DNA of 35,230 bases from Macrostomum lignano (lineage: Eukaryota), in contig NIVC01001501.1 in NCBI GenBank assembly GCA_002269645.1, forward strand, positions 1-35,230. The letters are read 5' to 3'. Shown here one piece after another: positions 31,536 to 35,230 of the stretch. The notes under the pieces were generated by a model. It did not search any database, had not been told where the DNA came from, and saw only the letters and a list, made by a program, of their open reading frames with translations. The number at the start of each line of letters is the position of its first letter. The stretch's first letter is position 1. The position numbers were made by a program, and so were the translations under genes.

Positions 31536-34500
31536 GGCCGGTGAAAACTGAGACAAGGCGGGCACAGATAGATAGATAAGGCTGGCGCTGAGAAATGGCA
31601 ATTGCGGTGGCCTGCGGGTGAAGTTGTTAAAGCGCACAACCCCTTAAGCTGGGGAGGTGGGGGTGGGGCAGCGGCGGCAGGGTGGGGGCGCAGACATGAA
31701 AGGAATGCCGACCCGGGCGCGCCATTGGCTGGCGTGCGCAGTGCTGGCCCGGGGGTGGCGCCCCGCTGCGGCCGCCATTCGACAGGGGCCAGCGCGGCGG
31801 AGCTCACAGGACGGAGGACCTTCTCCAGACTAATGGGGCAAATGGCTATCCCTCCCGAGACCCGAGACACTGATTTGCAGTTTGCAATATGTGTCTGTAG
31901 CGATTATGCTAATTCAGATTCTATATAATTAATGTGTTGTTAAAAATAGCGAACAACAAATATACACATATATGAAATTATTCGCACAGGTGTGCAAGGT
32001 GCTATCACTGCTATGCTTTTTTGTTACTGATCAAACAGGGATTGTAACAAGTTCAAACAATGGAACACAATTTCTTCGAATCCCACCGCCCCGCTAGGCC
32101 GCACCAGTTTCCGTTACGTAGGAAGTCTTCTGCTCAAACAAAGTTAGTAACCGTGCGCGCACAAAGCCAGAAGCCCAGAGATCAATTTTGCTACATTTTA
32201 ATAGACTGAGTGATTAATGTATTTTGGAGAACACTATCTTTGCAACTCATGACATGATGGCCTTCTTCAAGCCAAACTGGCGAAGTCTTGAGCAAGGCTG
32301 AGCAAGGTTGCTCAACTCTTTTTAGGAAAACTGTAAAACTGTAACAACACTGCAAAATAGGCACAGCTGGGAGTTTTCACAAGAGAATAAGCAACCAAAA
32401 TAAAGGTTGCATTATATTCAATACATAAAATATGGCTTCAATGCTGCGGAAAAGTACATCCGATTCGACTTCTCACAGTAGGGATAGGGACCTCAATAAA
32501 TTTTAAAGCTGAATAAGTTTTTTACTCTGCGCTCGCTCTCCAATCCAGGTTTCTAGCCTCAGGCGTCCATGGACTCAACAGTTAAACAAAAAACAGCCCT
32601 GAGGCCCTACTATTATATTTTAGCTTCCATTTTTGCTCCGCTTGACTTCACAGCTCCTTTGGGCTGTATCGATGCAGCAGTTTGGCTATGAATTTGTCTT
32701 TTCCCGCTCCCGTGGACCCCTGCCGAATGAATAATATTTGGCCTAGCAACTATAACTAAGGCGTATAGCCAAATTCAATAAGGTCTTATCATCCGTACAT
32801 AGTGTATATTTTTATATACGACTTTACTGCTTGGATGGCACTCAAGCGAGAGATACTTTGACACTGATTTTTGTCACTTATTAAATTGTCCCCAATCGGA
32901 GCCTGTGTGTTTGTGTGTGCTTGCTTAACACCTATAGGACGGCCGGACCTCAGCGGCAACAAGCGGCAGGCAGCTCAATCAATATGCAAGCGGAGGGCGA
33001 CCCTATTACGTCATAAATGCCTTCACATCGCACCTTTTCAGCCAACACGAATGGGGAATATTCTTCAACCGTTGGGCAGTGGTTGGCAGTTCCCGTGTGT
33101 GGCCTGCAAATGTTGTGCAACAGACTTCTAACTCTATATCGCATCAAATATGTTTTTTCCTAATTTTCCTTCAAGACAATGCACAATGCACATGCATACA
33201 ACAATAGAACTGTTCATAGTTCTAGTTTGCAACTTCTTCTAATGCAAAATATAGTACGAGTCTGTTTCGCATCCGCGATTTTAAGCGGCAGTTAAAGAAT
33301 TTTGACATCCCACAGGTACAGCAGAGAGAAAGTGATACAGGCTGCGCAGAGACAGCAGTGAGTCAGATTTTCAGGCCGTTCTATATAGCATCTATCTAAA
33401 TTTTCACTTTTTCATTCTTCATTTGGTCAATTTTCTCAGTTTTGCGCCGTTAGTTACCAAGCAGGCGGCATCGGTATAAACACAATTATGGCGTGCTGTG
33501 GCCTGTGTACAGCCTGCCTGTTGTCGAGCCGGCATTGCTCACGAGTTCCCGATGAGAAACTGACTGACTGCAACTTTGGCTGAAATCTAAATTTGATCCT
33601 GCCAGTTCTGAAATCAATCTATGCATACTCATTACAAATGTTCTCTCCTGGGCTTGTGTACCTCTGAAAGGCACAAATGATACAGGTAATGCTCTAATGG
33701 ACCACAGGAGATTAGCGCGGCCAGATCCTTTAAATATTGCATTAGAAAACTGCAGTCACAGCTCTTGGGGAGATTTTGGGTGCTTTGCTTTTGCAACGCA
33801 TATATTTTGTGTCTCAAGCCTGCAGCATCCATGGGCGGACGGCAATTGGCGGCAAGCAATATAACGCAATTTTTATGCGCCTCCCTGAGAGATGAGAGAG
33901 TTGCGGAGCAAAAGGAGCGCAGCGCAGGGTCCGCGGCAGGTTTAAGGCAGATGCAGGGAGAGAGGGCAATAAAGAAGGCACAGCCAGCTTCCTCACGGCA
34001 ATATAAGCTCCCTGATGTCCCTGCAGCCGGGCTTTTAGCATTCTGCACGGTACCTGCCCTGCGACACCTGACTCTGCATTTGTGTGTGTTTCTGCGGCGC
34101 CGCTGATGGCTTAGTTAAGGGTTCCCCTGGGCTTGGGCCATCACGGGATTCCGGTAATCCAGTGATTATCAAGCTGATGGAGCCGGTGAGAAGAGAGAGA
34201 GAGAGAGGGGTCCCACCGCACAGGTACTGGAAGGATCCGCATCCCCACCGCAGCTCTCAAATCCCATGATAGTCATAAAAAGTGAAATAGTGGCTCTCTT
34301 CCGGGCTAGCCATTAGTGCGATGAACCTGTATTTGAGCCAGAGAGATGGAGAGAACAGAGAAGAATAGAGAGTAGAGGGTGCAGAAAAAAGAGCAAAACC
34401 CAGCATCGTTCGTGAATGTTGAATGCTGATTGGGCTCGGAGCTTCGGAAGAGATGTAGAGTAGAGGAGTAGATTAGAGTGGGTAGAAAAGGTAAATGGTA

Positions 34501-34803
34501 AAGTATTGAATAGGAGTCGGCAAACTCCGGCCCGCGATGCCTCTCTAGTCTCTATCCGACCCGGCCCAGAAGAGGTTGGTGTCTCTTCTCAGCTCTCTTC
34601 TCTCTCTCCCGCTCTCTCTATCCCTTCTCCCCTCTCCTCTCTCCCCCTTGATGTCGATCGGAACGGGATTGAAACGGTATATTCACAGTTTTCTTTCTTA
34701 GAAAAGGCTGCAAATCAACTTTTATAAAGTGATTCTCCCCTTAAAGTTGAAGATTAAGAAGAGGCTCATTGTACTGCATTTGTGCGATGTAAATTAAATA
34801 TAA

Positions 34804-34861
34804 AGGGCTGGGCGAGTACTCGGTAATTGGAAGTGACTGAACTCAATACTCGCCCAGCCCT
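34804..34861. repeat. Perfect 15-bp inverted repeat with 28-bp spacer (possible MITE remnant)
   Basis: AGGGCTGGGCGAGTA (34804-34818) and TACTCGCCCAGCCCT (34847-34861); no TSD seen. Confidence 0.7.
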
Positions 34862-35230
34862 GGTTGAGAAGTCAATGTTGCGTGCGGAAAGAGCCAGTAC
34901 CATTAGTCTGCAGCATTGAGAGTGAGTGCGTACAGGGCCCGCACCCTGTCAGCTACCTGGCCTCGGTTCTCCCTATCGCTATATCAAACCATTCGATTGG
35001 CAATTTGTTTTCCCAAGCGCCTGCCATAACACGAATCCCCCAGCGCAGTGTATGCAAGCTTTTATGTAGGCGTCGCATTGTGGCCCCTGATGTCCATCGA
35101 TTCTTTGTCGATTTACAACCCCCGCTGGATGCCTCCAAGGCCCGAAGTCAGCAGCTGTTCAGTTGTTGTTCTTGTAGGCAGTTGTGGACTTCCAGACCTC
35201 TATATAGTTAATAAAGGAACCTCGCAACTG

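Noticed and set aside
33486-35211. Short ORFs (60-138 aa) upstream of Cdx
   Set aside because: No domains, mostly non-ATG starts, and no coherent splice chain.

Overview
Eukaryotic (bilaterian invertebrate) genomic DNA in three parts. (1) 1-5600: an AT-rich, almost CpG-free stack of decayed DNA transposons, all on the minus strand: a THAP/P-element transposase carrying a MITE insertion, two mariner fragments and a probable CACTA/EnSpm-type fragment. (2) 5763-12162 (+): a 7-exon SHARK/HTK16-type non-receptor tyrosine kinase (SH2-ankyrin-SH2-kinase, 787 aa as assembled here); five of its six introns are filled by unrelated minisatellites. (3) 31413-25073 (-): a 3-exon caudal/Cdx ParaHox homeobox gene, tail-to-tail with SHARK. 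About 18 tandem arrays (roughly 8.7 kb, a quarter of the window) alternate with unique GC-rich islands. The best leads are: a CpG-to-TpA hypermutation signature confined to the transposon block; a recurring TCF HMG+Helper composite around Cdx; minisatellites built from regulatory or splice-like motifs; a twin CxCxxC motif in Cdx; and a possible compensated frameshift in the Cdx tail. GC-rich exons, polyQ/A tracts and minisatellite-packed introns suggest a free-living flatworm such as Macrostomum, but this is an unverified guess. All counts are by hand, repeat boundaries are approximate, and family assignments rest on remembered motifs, not database searches.
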